Source: Camelus ferus
Lineage: Eukaryota
DNA: 64,000 nucleotides
Direction: 5' to 3'
Assembly: GCF_009834535.1 (NCBI RefSeq)
Contig: NC_045696.1
Location: 89,406,001-89,470,000, forward strand
The notes under the pieces were generated by a model. It was not told the DNA's origin. It saw nothing but the letters and a program-made list of their open reading frames with translations, and ran no database searches. The position numbers and the translations under genes were made by a program. Shown one piece after another: positions 13,512 to 26,000 of this stretch (its first letter is position 1; every line of letters begins with the position of its first letter).

Positions 13512-14121
13512 TGTTGTTGAACCCAAGTTCATGTGCCAATGCACAGTGAGGCCAAACAAAGCAAAACGTCAGAGTTTGGAGTGGAGAAAGGTTTATTGCA
13601 GGGCCAAGTAAGAGAACCAATGGCTCATGCTCAAAAGACCTGAACTCCCCCGTAGGTTTCAGGGAAGAAGTTTTTATAGGCAAAATTTGGAGGGAGGGTT
13701 GCAGGGTGTGGGACTTCCTTCTGATTGGTTGGTGGTGAGGTAACAGGGTGATGTTCCAAGAACCTCAATCATCAGCCTTCTAGTTCCAACCAGCCTGGGT
13801 CCATCCATGAACTTGTGCTCAGCCTGACGTTACCATCCTCCATCTGGGTGGGGGCCTTAGTTCCTGCAGAAGAACTCAGAGATCTGTAACAGGTTGTTGT
13901 GCAACACCCCTACCCCGACCCGCAGCCCCACCCCCAGGAAGAGCCAGGACCAGATCTCATGCTGCTGTGTTGTTTCCTCCTTCAGTCCTTCACTCCCCTC
14001 ATTAGTAACTTAATCTGCCCTTTGGAACTCAGGGAAGGTCGTGGAGGCTGAAAGCCATTTTCCTACAACCAAGAAATGGGGGAGACAAGAAGGCTTTTGT
14101 GCCCAGGAGGGCTCGGTTTTA
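13512..14121 (-). mobile_element. Second solo LTR of the same ERV1-type family
   Basis: The reverse complement shares blocks with 4568-5087 (tttggcctcactgtgcattgg, cctataaaaa, aaccaatcagaagga, ccttccctgagttc..aagggcaga, tcccatttctt). Confidence 0.8.
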
Positions 14122-14309
14122 TTATTTAGAAAGAATTCTTCTTAACCTTTCTTCTTATATTCTGGAAGCTCTTCTTTTTTCTGACTTGGTCAATCTCCAT
14201 CATTCATTAAAAATTTAAAAATTAAATAAAAATAAATAAATTAAATTAAATAAATAAATTAAAAACAAAGTATCAGAGTATATTGTACATAGAAAGGCTA
14301 CTATTTCCC

Positions 14310-14724
14310 CTTTTTTATTGAAGTATAGTTGATTTACAATGCTTCAGGTGTACAGCAAAGTGACTCAGTTACACACACATATATGAATCCATTCTTTTTC
14401 AGGTTCTTTTCCATTATAGGTTATTACAAGATGTTGAATATGGTTCCCTGTGCTATACAGTAGGTCCTTGTTGGTTATTTACTTTATATCTGTAAATCCC
14501 AAACTCCCAATTTATCCCTCCCCCTCCCTTCCCCTTTGGTAACCATTAGTTTGTTTTTTATGTCTGTGAGTCTATTTCTGATTTGTAAATAAGTTCATTT
14601 GTATCCTTTTTTTTAGATTCCACATATAAGTGACATATATTTTTCCTTCTCTGTTTAACTTATTTCACTTAGTATGATCATCTGTGGGTCCACCCATGTT
14701 GCTGCAAATGGCATTATTTTATTC
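14310..14724 (-). mobile_element. L1 3' end fragment
   Basis: ttgaagtatagttgatttacaat...catgttgctgcaaatggcatta. Degenerate TSD aga(a)aggctac(t)atttc. Confidence 0.85.
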
Positions 14725-16539
14725 AGAAGGCTACATTTCATATTGGGAAACTTTGTGTTTTATAATATGATTGTGTGTGCATATGTTATTTGTGTGTAGT
14801 GTGTGAGTTTGTGTGTGTGGTCTACATGTGCATGTATGTGCTTCTTGTGTGCATTTTTGTGTGTGATGTGCACTTATGCATACATATGTGTGTATATGTG
14901 TGATGGTTTAAAATGTATTTTTACTGTAGGCCTTGAACTAAAAAGTTTTAAATCCATTATCCTAGTTCAAAATACCTTATTTTATGGATAAGGAGCTGGA
15001 GGCTCAGACAGGCCAAGTCACTTGCCCAAGATGACTAACAGGGCTAGAATTCCTGCTCATGTGTCCAGACTTACAGGTTTCCTCCCTGTTTCATCATATT
15101 TCATAGAAGCCTCTGTTGCCAGTGGAGAGGTAGGTAACTGGACTTGCTTTTCTGAAAGAGCATGAGGCATGATCTGGATGTTGGACTGGAGGGAGCTGCG
15201 TGGAGGCTGGGACTCTGGGGAGGAGGTTTTTACATCAGCCCTGGTGAGAACTGGTGACTCTCTCCACTAAGGCATTAGCCCTGGGCCCACTAAGGAGAAG
15301 AAAGATGGGAGATTTACTTAGAAGGCAGCCATGACAGGACCTGGTGATGACTGAATTTGATGCAGTTTAGGAGAAAGAGTCAAGAAGTCCAAGTTTGAGA
15401 CTTGGGTGCCTGGAGAAGTGGTACAGCTGTTTGCTGAACAAGAGACAACAGGAGAAAGAGCAGTTTCAGGGGCAAAGATAATGAGGATAGATTTGAGATG
15501 TCTTTGGAACCTTCAAATAGAGACTTCCAGAATGGAGTGAGAAATCCAGCTGGCAAGGCAGAAGAGAGCTCAGAGATGGAGCTAATTACCTGGTAGTCAT
15601 CAATGGAGGTCAAAGGATAGCTGTGAGATGATCTCTTCTTTGGGTTCCACTGGTCCCTGCCCCTGAATGTGGTTTCCAGGGTTTCTTATTGGAAAGCCAT
15701 GAGCAGAAATTCTCATGGCACATTACCTCAACCAAATGCCACAGAAATGCAAAATGAAACCACAGGGGACACACTCAGAAACCAAATCAACAAATTCTCC
15801 TCTCAGAAGCTCTTCCTTTATTTACTCGTTTGGTTTCCATTTGTGCCAGGGTAATAAAACAACCCTTTCTTTTACTTGGAATCTCTTTATTCAGCCACCA
15901 GGGACTTCCCTCTGGTAGAAGCAGCAGCCACCCCGAGGACTTACCCCAGAGACCTCAGAACAGAAGCAACTGCATTTCCACTTGAACTGTTATTTCTCTG
16001 TCTAAGGAATCGTCCTGACCAATAATCCTGCTAACCCTTTATGGGAAATTTGGCCTTGGGGCTCCATTACAGATATTAAATTCACAGTGAAACTGTGGAA
16101 GACTCCCATTCATTAAAAATTCCATTCATACTCTCCAAGCTAAAGACAAGAAACCACATTTTGGATTGTAGAAGTAGCCACTCTAAAAGACCCAACTGAC
16201 CTATTATTTCTGTTATGATGTATGTTTTTTTGTGTGTGTGAATTCCAAGGGAATTCATGAAATAGAGGGAGAAAAATTTTCTTATTTCACTTGTTACATA
16301 GGCACTGCAGCTTTGTTGGGAGGTTGCATGGGTAGGGGGCAGGGACATTTCTCAGTGGCAGCTATGAAACTGGGCTATGTTAAAGGAATTTTGGATGCAG
16401 AATTTGCCTGGACTAAAGGTATCTAGAGGTTTTCCACTAGCCACAAATACAGGATCTGTCACTGACTAGATTAGTGACCTTTACAAGTTGCTTCACTTTC
16501 TTAGGCTTCATTTTTCTTCTTCAAGAAAATGCAAAAAAG

Positions 16540-17537
16540 CCTTTCCACACTAACCAGAGAGGGGCCCATACAGCGGAGTTGTTCTGGGCTCCGTCTTATA
16601 ACTGAAAGGGGAATTTTCACAATGTCTGGCGCCTGCGATGTCCTGCAAACCAGGGAGGAGAATGTCCTCAAATCCTTGCAGTAGAACCCGCTTAGGTGGC
16701 ACCAGCTGTCACTTCCAAAGGAAAAGTGATGGCATTAACTCATAAACCTGAAGAGAATGTAGGAAAAGCTTCTGCTGGCAGCTGGTGCCATTGTTGACAC
16801 TGAGAACCCGGCTGATGCCAGTGTCCTGTCCTCCAGGAACACTGGCCAGTGAGCTGTGTTGAAGTTTGCTGCTGCCACCAGAGCCGCTGCCGTTGGTACC
16901 GCTCCACCTCTGGAAACTTCACTGACCGGCTCCAGGCCGCCTTCAGCCGTGTCTGCGGGTGGTTACGGATCCCAGGGCTGCCCCCCAGCCTCTCACAGAG
17001 GCGTCTGATGTTGACCTGTAACACAGACTCTGCGCTGTGAGGACACCGCCATCCCTGCAGCCAGAAGGGAGCTCACCCAGCGGGTCGGGACTCATGATGC
17101 TGGCCTGGGGGTTCTGCGCACGCACGGCCGCATCCCCGGGAGCGCCCCCGGGAGGTCAGGCCTGATCTCTGCTTCCACGGAGATCCTGACGGGACTGAGA
17201 AGGAAGAGCAGGCGGCTGCTGAAAAGGACTGTGACCCAGGAGAAATTAAGGGGGGAATGGGCTGCTCTAGGTCCCGGATTTATTGCTACTCAACTCGAAG
17301 TTGCCGGCGGGTCTGGAGGCGCAGGTGGCCTCCGTGCCCTCCAGCCGTTCCTACTGAAGCCGGCTGCGACCCGCCCACCTGAGACCTGACTGCAGCCCCC
17401 ACTGCTCAGGCCGCTGGATGGGGAGGAACAGCCACTGGGTGGTCTCACGCTGATCCTCCACGTACTCTTAAACAGAAAATGGAAATACGGTTGATGGAAA
17501 ATGAAGTTTCTTTAAAGAAAAGAGAAGGAAAAACAGG
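16540..17537 (+). pseudogene. RPSA: Processed pseudogene of RPSA (40S ribosomal protein SA / 37-kDa laminin receptor)
   Basis: Intronless copy of the whole mRNA. It has a 5' pyrimidine start (cctttcc), a 5' UTR ending ...tttcacaATG (ATG at 16622), and coding-like segments (gatgtcctgcaa, aaggaaaagtgatggcat, aagcttctgctggcagct, gaagtttgctgctgccac, gaagagcaggcggctgctgaa). The 3' UTR reads ggttgatggaaaat..gtttct and is followed by an A-rich tail. Many indels and stops, and the native stop codon is mutated. Confidence 0.95.
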
Positions 17538-18063
17538 ATCAGGTGGTCAATGAGTTTCCTTCTGGATCTAAAAATGCTTTGATTTTAAGAATGGCTCTAC
17601 AGTAGCCCTCATTTAAAGGGCGATTGTATCAGACACTTGGAAGGATAAACTACAATTTCTTTGACTTGAACTTCACTCAGTTAATTAGACAGATACACAT
17701 GGAGAGCCTTCGATATGTTTGGCACTGTGCTTGGTGCTGGGGAAGGACAAGGCACAGTACCCTGCTCTCGCAGGCTGTGGGGGAGACCAGACAGCTGTGT
17801 TTCAGAACCAGCAATGGCCCAGCTTTCTATTTCTGACTCTGTTACATCCTTAGTTTGCTCGGTGTAAAATGGAGTCAAATTCTGATAATTTATTGTCTAT
17901 TTCTTCCACTAGCATGGAAGGCAGGAGTTTTGTTTCTTTTATTGACTGTTGTATGTTGAATAATGGGCAGAATGCCCAACATATCGGTGATTGACTTACA
18001 AGGTATAACGATGCGGCTCAAGTTTGAAGGCTATATTTAAAGGTGGTAGAAGAATGAGTTAGT

Positions 18064-19150
18064 ACGATGGTCTTCAAACTGCAGTATGCTTATCCCAAAA
18101 GAGTTACCAAGATTTTCCAAGAAATGGATGAGCATGGATAGCTTTAGGGGAATCAATTTCTAGATCCTCAACTTCCTTAGAACCATTTCTCACAGTTGAT
18201 CTGCCTGAGAATGCACAGAGAAAGTTGTCGTGCTGGTTTCTTTTCCGTCTTCCATTTTACAATCCTTCTTCTCTTACTTAGCAAATAAATGGCTTTTTTT
18301 TTTTTAAACTCCAGTCTTACTGGGACACATTCCCCCAGGTGGAAAAAGCACCTATGAAGAAACCCTGGGAGGTATAGGGGCAGGTCTGAGGGAGTAAATG
18401 ACTCTAGTGCCTGGCTAGTAAATTTTTGCAAGCTTAGTGGTTTCCAACACTTTGCTGCCAACAAAATTCAAGAGCTAATGGATTTGTCATCTGATAGATC
18501 ACTAAAAGTAATTTTTGATGACAGATCACAATGTGTTATTGGCATATAATTGAAAGGGAATTCAGAGAATTGATTGACATCACTGTACAAGACTCCTTCT
18601 ATTCCCACCTACTTACTTAGGAACAGGTTTTCTCAAGGTTTACATCTATAAATGCAAATGATGGGAATAGAAATGATGGAGAACTCTGTTTCATTCTATC
18701 AAAAAGTAATATTCATTGACAGATACATGAATGAATTGGGGAAAAACTCTCCTCTCAATAAAAGGTGCGTTTTCAATAAAATTTCCCTTTTTAGTTCTGT
18801 AATTGTTCATCAAAGTTTATAATATACTTATGTTATTTTAATCAATTGATTAATAATAGTAATTGTAACAATAACACAGTATATTTTTGTTACTTAGAAT
18901 GTTATGGTCACAGGAAATTTTAAGCTTTAAATTGATATTTTCATGTGTATTTATGTGTAAAAAACTTTGATAGGGTGATCAATAAAACATTTAGAAAATT
19001 AAATTAAATTATATTAGTACTAAATTTTGAGGGAGAACTAGAAAGGAATATAAATTTAAGAATGAAGACGAGCTTCCTCATTTATTTATTTTTCTTAATG
19101 GAAGTGATAGTCAGATTTCTTTGGTATTGAAATCCCATAGGATACATTTA
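18064..19150 (+). mobile_element. hAT-Charlie DNA transposon relic; probably continues after the L1 to ~21430
   Basis: Degenerate hAT dimerisation-domain codons at ~18593-18635 (LLLFPPTYL then frameshifted EQGFS-like). Terminus resembles atggtcttcaaactg. Confidence 0.6.
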
Positions 19151-19166
19151 AAAGGCACATTCCTTG

Positions 19167-21290
19167 TTTAAGTCTTCTGCCCATTTTTAGATTGGGTTGT
19201 TTGTTTTTTTCTTATTATGTCATATGAGCTGCTTATATATTCTGGAGATCAAGCCTTTATTGGTTTCATCGTTTGCAAAAATTTTCTCCCATTCCGTAGG
19301 TTGTCATTTTGTTTTGTTTATGGTTTCCTTTGCTGTGCAGAAGCTTGTAAGTTTAATTAGGTCCCATCTGTTTATTCTTGCTTATATTTCTATTGCTTGA
19401 GTAGACTGTCCTAGGAGAGAATTTTTGAGATGTATGTCAGATAATGTTTTGCCTATATTTTCTTCTAGGAGGTTTATTGTATCTTGTCTTATGTTTAAGT
19501 CTTTGATCCATCTTGAGTTGATTTTTGTGTATGGTGTAAGGGAGTGTTCTAGCTTCATTGATTTACGTGCTGCTGTCCAGTTTTCCCAACACCATTTGCT
19601 GAAGAGACTGTCTTTATTCCATTGTATATTCTTGCCTCCTTTGTCGAAGGTTAGTTGACCAAAAGTTTGTGGGTTCATTTCTGGGCTCTCTATTCTGTTC
19701 CATTGGTCCATATGTCTGTTTTTGTACTAATACCATACTGTCTTGATGACTGTAGCTCTGTAGTATTGTCTGAAGTCTGGGAGAGTTATTCCTCCAGCCT
19801 CTTTCTTTTTCCTTAGTAATGCTTTGGCAATTCTAGGTCTTTTGTGGTTCCATATAAATTTTATTATGATTTGTTCTAGTTCTGTGAAATATGTCCTGGG
19901 TAATTTGATAGGGATTGCATTAAATCTGTAGATTGTCTTGGGCAGTGTGACCATTTTAACAATATTGATTCTTCCAATCCAGGAGCATGGGATATCTTCT
20001 CATTTTTTTAAGTCTTCTTTAATTTCCTTCATCAATGGTTTATGGTTTTCCATGTATAAGTCTTTCACCTCCTTGGTTAGATTTATTCCTAGGTATTTTA
20101 TTACTTTGGGTGCTATTTTAAAGGAGATTGTTTCTTTACTTTCTTTTTCTGTTGATTCATCATTAGTGTAAAGAAATGCAACTGATTTTTGAACATTAAT
20201 CTTGTAACCTACTATCTTGCTGAATTCGACTATTTCTAGTAGTTTTTGTGTGGACCTTTTAGGGTTTTCTATATATAGTATCATGTCATTGGCATATAGT
20301 GACACTTTTACCTCTTCTTTTCCAATTTGGATCCCTTTTATTTCTTTCTCTTGCCTGATTGCTGTGGCTAGGACTTCCAAGATTCTCCAAGGAAGAAATA
20401 CAAATGATCAGTAGGCACATGAAAAAATGTTCAATATCACTAATTATCAGAGAAATGCAAATCAAAACTACGATGAAGTATCACCTCACACCAATCAGAA
20501 TGGCCATCATTCAAAAGTCCACAAATGACAAATGCTGGAGAGGCTGTGGAGAAAAGGGAACCCTCCTACACTGCTGGTGGGAATGCAGTTTGGTGCAGCC
20601 ACTGTGGAAAACAGTATGAAGATTCCTCAAAAGACTAGGAATAGACTTACCATGTGACCCAGGAATCCCACTCCTGGGCATATATTCAGAAGAAACCCTA
20701 CTTCAAAAAGACACCTGCACCCCAATGTTCAGAGCAACACTATTTACAATAGCTGAGACATGGAAACAGCTTAAATGTCCATCAACAGATGAGTGGATAA
20801 AGAAGATGTGGTATATTTATACAATGGAATATTATTCAAACATAAAAACCGACAACATAACGCCATTTGCAGCAACATGGATGTCCCTGGAGAATGTCAT
20901 TCTAAGTGAAGTAAGCCAGAAAGAGAAAGAAAAATACCATGTGAGATTGCTCATATGTGGAATCTAAAAAAAAAAAGAACATAAATACAAAACAGAAACA
21001 GACTCATATACATAGAAAACAAACTTGTGGTTGCCAAGGGGGCAGGGAGTGGGAAGGGACAGACTGGGATTTCAAAATTTGTAGATACTGACAGGCATAT
21101 GCAGAATAGATAAGCAAGATTATACTGTATAGCACAGGGAAATATATACAAGATCTTATGGTAGCTCACAGTGAAAAAAATGTGACAATAAATGTATGTA
21201 TGTTCATGTACAAATGAAAAATTGTGCTCTACACAGGAATTTGACACAACATTGTAAAATGACTATAACTCAATAAAAAATGTTTAAAAA
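19167..21290 (+). mobile_element. Young camelid-type LINE-1, 5'-truncated with 5' inversion (inverted part ~19167-20382, direct part ~20383-21290)
   Basis: ORF2 reverse-transcriptase/C-terminal peptides on the minus strand (19382-20380) switch to the plus strand (20383-20967), then the 3' UTR, AATAAA and A tail follow. 16-bp TSD: aaaggcacattccttg (19151-19166) / aaagacacattccttg (21291-21306). Confidence 0.95.
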
Positions 21291-22509
21291 AAAGACACAT
21301 TCCTTGGATACATCAGATATATTTTTAAATGTTTATATTTAGAAAGTTCTGAAAATGATATTCTTTGTAATTCTTTAAATATATGATGGACAAATTTTGA
21401 AGTCAACTTAGAAATGTATGCGGAGTGCAGAGTCTTAAATGTGTTTCTGGGGGCTGTGTGAGCGGCAGGGTCTGGAGCTGGCCGGGCTAGCACTACAAGT
21501 GAGGCTTTCTCATCCTGGCTGCGCGGTTACGCTCAAGCCCTGGGAAATGCCCTTCTTAATCCCTCGGTGTCCATTTCTCTTTCTGCAAAATAAAAAGCAC
21601 ACCTGCTTGCTTTCCCTTATTCTCAGGAACATTCTGAGATCATATAAGATAATGAACTAATGTGGAAAGGTCTAGATTATTTCCTGGGGCAAGTAGGACA
21701 CCTCTGGGAAGTTTCAATAACTTTTTTCAGGTTAACAGGATACTGTTAGTTCCCCAGAAAGTATAAATGAATGGTACTCGTATTACGATGTCTACTTTAC
21801 TGTGGCCTCCCATTTCCCCCAGTTTTGATTCAGTGGTTGGAACTTCACGAAAGAGATCTAACATCATAGGGTTAGTTTCTGCGTCACTGCATCACGGGGT
21901 TAGCAAGAAGGAACCTAACTCTATTTCAAGGCTCAGTCCAGGGTTCTACTCTGATGGTCAGTAAGAGAAATCACAGGCTACACATCAGGAAAGCCAACAA
22001 CACTAAACTCCCCTCCCGAATGGCTGCAGGAGCACATGCTACTTAGTCCTGTAAACATTGACTCAGGTTCTGAGTATTGTCACTGTTAATGCCTATTCAG
22101 GTAACTTGGGGTGGTCAGTCCACACACCACATTGGCCCCTTCAGCTTGTTAGATCATCTAACATATTTTATATTCAAGATATGATGCCTTTCCTCTTCTC
22201 CTTCCTTTCGTCTTAAAGATGCTTATACTTTTATAAACAATTAATGGAAAGTTAGACCTTACACCTCTCCTCCCAGTTCATAAAGCATGTGAGGTTGTGA
22301 CATCCAGCTGACCTAACGTGCTTCAGAACTGGCTTTTGTCTCAGAGGCCTTATGAGAATGTTGAATCTCAAATGAGGAATGGCAAGTCACCTGCAGTCTT
22401 GAAAAGACTTGGAGTTTTAAGTTGTACAAGTCTAAGAATTTGTGGGGAAATTGGGTAGAAAGGCATTGCATATGAAAAAACTCTGGAGTAGGATTTCTCT
22501 ATGTGATGA

Positions 22510-23080
22510 TATTGAACATCCATTTATTCATTCATTCACGCATTCAACATATATTTATTTACCTCCTATTATGTGCCATTTGCTGGGCTGGGCATGAAGA
22601 AGATAAATGCCCTTTCTGCTCTCAGGGGGCTTCTCCTCTGATTGCAGAAAGGCAAAAACAATGGCTATACTATACAATTACTCAAATGAAGACACTGGGA
22701 GCAGAGAATAAGCAGCAGATTCAATCTGAGGAAGCAAAAGAAGACTTTCCAGAGGAGATGGCATTTGAGCTCCAAGCAGGGGGAGGGTAAATTAGGAATA
22801 AAGAATGTCATGTACAAAGGCTTGGAGACCAGGGAGAACTTGGGATCAACAAGAAGCTCAAGTGTCACCTGCTCAAAATCTGAGAGGGAGAGAATGGCTA
22901 GAGTTAGACTGGATGGGAAGGCAAGAGACAGATCATAACAAAGCTTGAACATCATGCAGAGTTTCTGTTTTATGCTGTGGGTGACAGGTTTTAGGACATT
23001 GAGCAAGGACGTGTCAAGATCAGATGTTCATTAGGGACATTACAAGATCACTTAGCCCTGTGGAGGGTAGATTGAAGTGA
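22510..23080. mobile_element. L2 LINE fragment
   Basis: cattcattcacgcattcaacatatatttatt..cctattatgtgcca L2 terminus, and gaagactttccagaggagatggcatttgagct. Confidence 0.65.
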
Positions 23081-26000
23081 TAGGGACAGGAGTATAGTCA
23101 GGGCTCTTTCAGTCCTGACAGAAATCTGATTAAACTAGTATAGGCAAAATAGGATATCATTGGCTGCTATAACAAAATGCCCAGGGTAGGATCTGGCTTC
23201 AGACTAAAGCCAAGAACTCATAGGATGACTCGTGGGATGTCATCAAGGTTTCCTCCTTCTCCCCCACCATCTCTCAGCTCTGCTGCTCTCCTTAGCTTCT
23301 GATGCAAACTCTCTCTCCACATAGTAGACAAGGTGGCTGCCAGGCTCTTACTTTCCGTTGAACAAGTCCAGTATATTTGTATATCAGTTCCAGGGAAGCT
23401 TCTGATTGGCGCTGCTGGGGTCACATGCACATTAGTGAACCAATCATCAGTGGAGGGTAGAGGAAGGGGTATTCCATTGGGAGTGGCTGCCTGGGTCACT
23501 CCTGTGAGAGAGGGCAGGCAGCAAGTCTGACAGCCCCAGCAGAACCACATGGAGTTGAGAAAGAGATCCTTTGGGATCCCATCCCAGAAGAAGAGGAATG
23601 TGCACTGAGAATATACAGAGTGTAGCTACCACTGACCACAAGAGCAGAATTTGATTACAGCATGATAGAGAGGACAGACAAAGAGATTGCAGGGAGGGGC
23701 TGGGTATAGCTGACATCAGGACTTGTCTTCATTGACTCAGTCTTCTAAAACAAAATAGATTTCTGTCTTAGCAGCTACCGGGAGATGCTGTCACTGGGAG
23801 AAAATTCCAGATGTTGGTAGCCAGAGAGGGCTAAATAAATATATAGATAAAACATAAATAAATAAACATAGAGAGATACTTATTTGTTTATGATACATTT
23901 CTTGGTTCCTTAAAATAATTTGAGGCAACTTATAGGGGTAATATTGTCACCTGAGAGTTACATTACCCCAGATTCTTATTTAATTTGTTATAGGTGGGCT
24001 GCAAATTTTGTCCTTTGCTTCCTGGAAACCAAAGCAAAGAGGGCAACATTATCAGTCAAAAAATTTACAATGATCATCAAAGAAACGTGACTATTACTGG
24101 TACTGACTCCTGAGAGGAGCATCTCCCCAGGTCCTCATAAAGCTATCATGGTGTAATGTTGTAGTAACGCCGTTTTATTGATAAACGTAATAGTATGTTT
24201 TGCAGGGCTCATTCTTAGAATGACTTTCAATGGAGGCTAAAGTCATAAAGCTAAAACATTAGTTACTAAAAGTGAGGTACTCTATAACAAATCCAGGCTA
24301 TTTTGAAATCCTAAGAAAAGTCTTGCTGAAGCCAGTTCAGCCCAACAGTTATGTGAGTAGCTATCACTTACTTAGCTGTGAATCCCTTTGGTCAGGGTAT
24401 GTGCACCCCTCATTCCTTTTTGTTTTACATCTAGCTTGTTTCAGTTACTTCTATTACCAATCCAGCTTCTGAATGCATTTGCACACGAGATCCGACTCCC
24501 TGGCCCTCTACTCCGCTCAACCTACATGTTAGTAGACCTCAATGACTTCTTTACCCATTCCCAGCTGCCTCTGATACTGGTTTTATCAAATATCACTTCT
24601 GCTCTCCTCCAGTCTTCTTCAGACAAGTCCTCGCAGTCACCCTTCTCCTGCTTTTGGCTTCAGGACCTGGAAGGTCAAGCTACCATTTTCCTGAAGAACT
24701 GGCACCCTCACTTCCAGTCTGGTGAGACTGGTCCATGGTTTGGATGGTTTGCATGACTGGCCGGGAAACTGAAGACAAAGGAATTCCCAATGCAAATGCT
24801 TTCATCTTGAGCCAAGAAGCCTGAGTAACTGAGTTCAGAATGACCATCAGTACTTGTCTCAGAAATCTGAATCCGCCCTTCGATTTGGCTTTCACTTTCT
24901 GGTGTGATGCGAAAGCCACACTGCTTGCTCAATTAGTGGCAGCAGAGGAAAATCCATGCAAGCACCTGAAATGAAAGTCGTTTTTATGTGAAACTTCCTG
25001 CTTTCTCTGAAATTCACAATTCTGAGAAAGAGTCAGTATGTTTGGCTCCAGCTCATAAGAGCAGAGGCTCTTAAGACATGAAGTCAAGGCAACTGTGCTG
25101 TTTTAAAGGAGCAGTTAGCTGCCCAGGGAGCAAACAACTCCTGGATGACTTTAGAGTCCAAAATTCTTGACAATGGGTGTAATTCAGGAAGTGATACACA
25201 TGTATGTACTTTTAAAAAGAGGAAGTGGGCATTTGGACTCTTCAGTTTAGTGGACTGGGGAGGGCATTGTTGTACTATACTGGCACACCAATTATGCAAA
25301 TCAGGGGACTGGGCTGATTATAATAGAAACAAGAGAGAGAAAATAAGACTTGAAATGCAGTTTGGATTCCAAAACCATGATTTATTTAGGACTCTTTCTG
25401 GTAAGGGGCAAATGGACAACACATTTCAAGTGTGGCCAAAAGGTGCATAATTCTAAGCTTTTTTTTTTTTTTTTTATTGTTGGATTTGCCCTATCCTTCC
25501 AAACCCCATTAATTCTTGCTTCCTGAGTGATTCTTGCCTAAATGTTTGGGGAGGTAGCCCTAAGTTCAGTTTGGGAAGTAGAGGAAACTCAAATGAGGTT
25601 TTTGGTTGTTTACATATTGCCTATGAAATTCAGAAAACCTCAGTTATTCAGCCCCTTCGAGGCTGCCTTTGATAAACCACTTCTGGGCCTCAGCCATCCT
25701 GGGCCTGGCCCTGAGCCTCACCGGGCCCCACTGGTGACCGAAGCATGTTCTCACGGGAAACCGCATGTCCCTGAGAGTCACGCCGACAGGGTCTCTAACT
25801 CTGACTCTTGCAGAGGCACCCCCTGTGAGAGCCTGCCGGGCAGACGGGTTCCAGGCTCCACGATGCTGCCTGCCGTGCAGGAGGTGGCCGTCATGGGCAG
25901 GCCGGCCGCGGAGCTGCCCCGGTCTGCAGCGGCCGCGCTGCTGGCTCCCTGGGCCTCCCACTGAGCAGGGCCTCCGTGGTCCCTGGTCCTCACGTTCTCT

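Noticed and set aside
4568..14121. Two related LTRs about 9 kb apart resembling a provirus
   Set aside because: Opposite orientation, visibly diverged, the first has its own TSD, and there is no gag/pol/env between them.
19382..20967. Several ORFs encoding reverse-transcriptase-like peptides on both strands
   Set aside because: Fragments of one truncated, inverted L1 ORF2 with frameshifts and stops; not a host gene or novel RT system.
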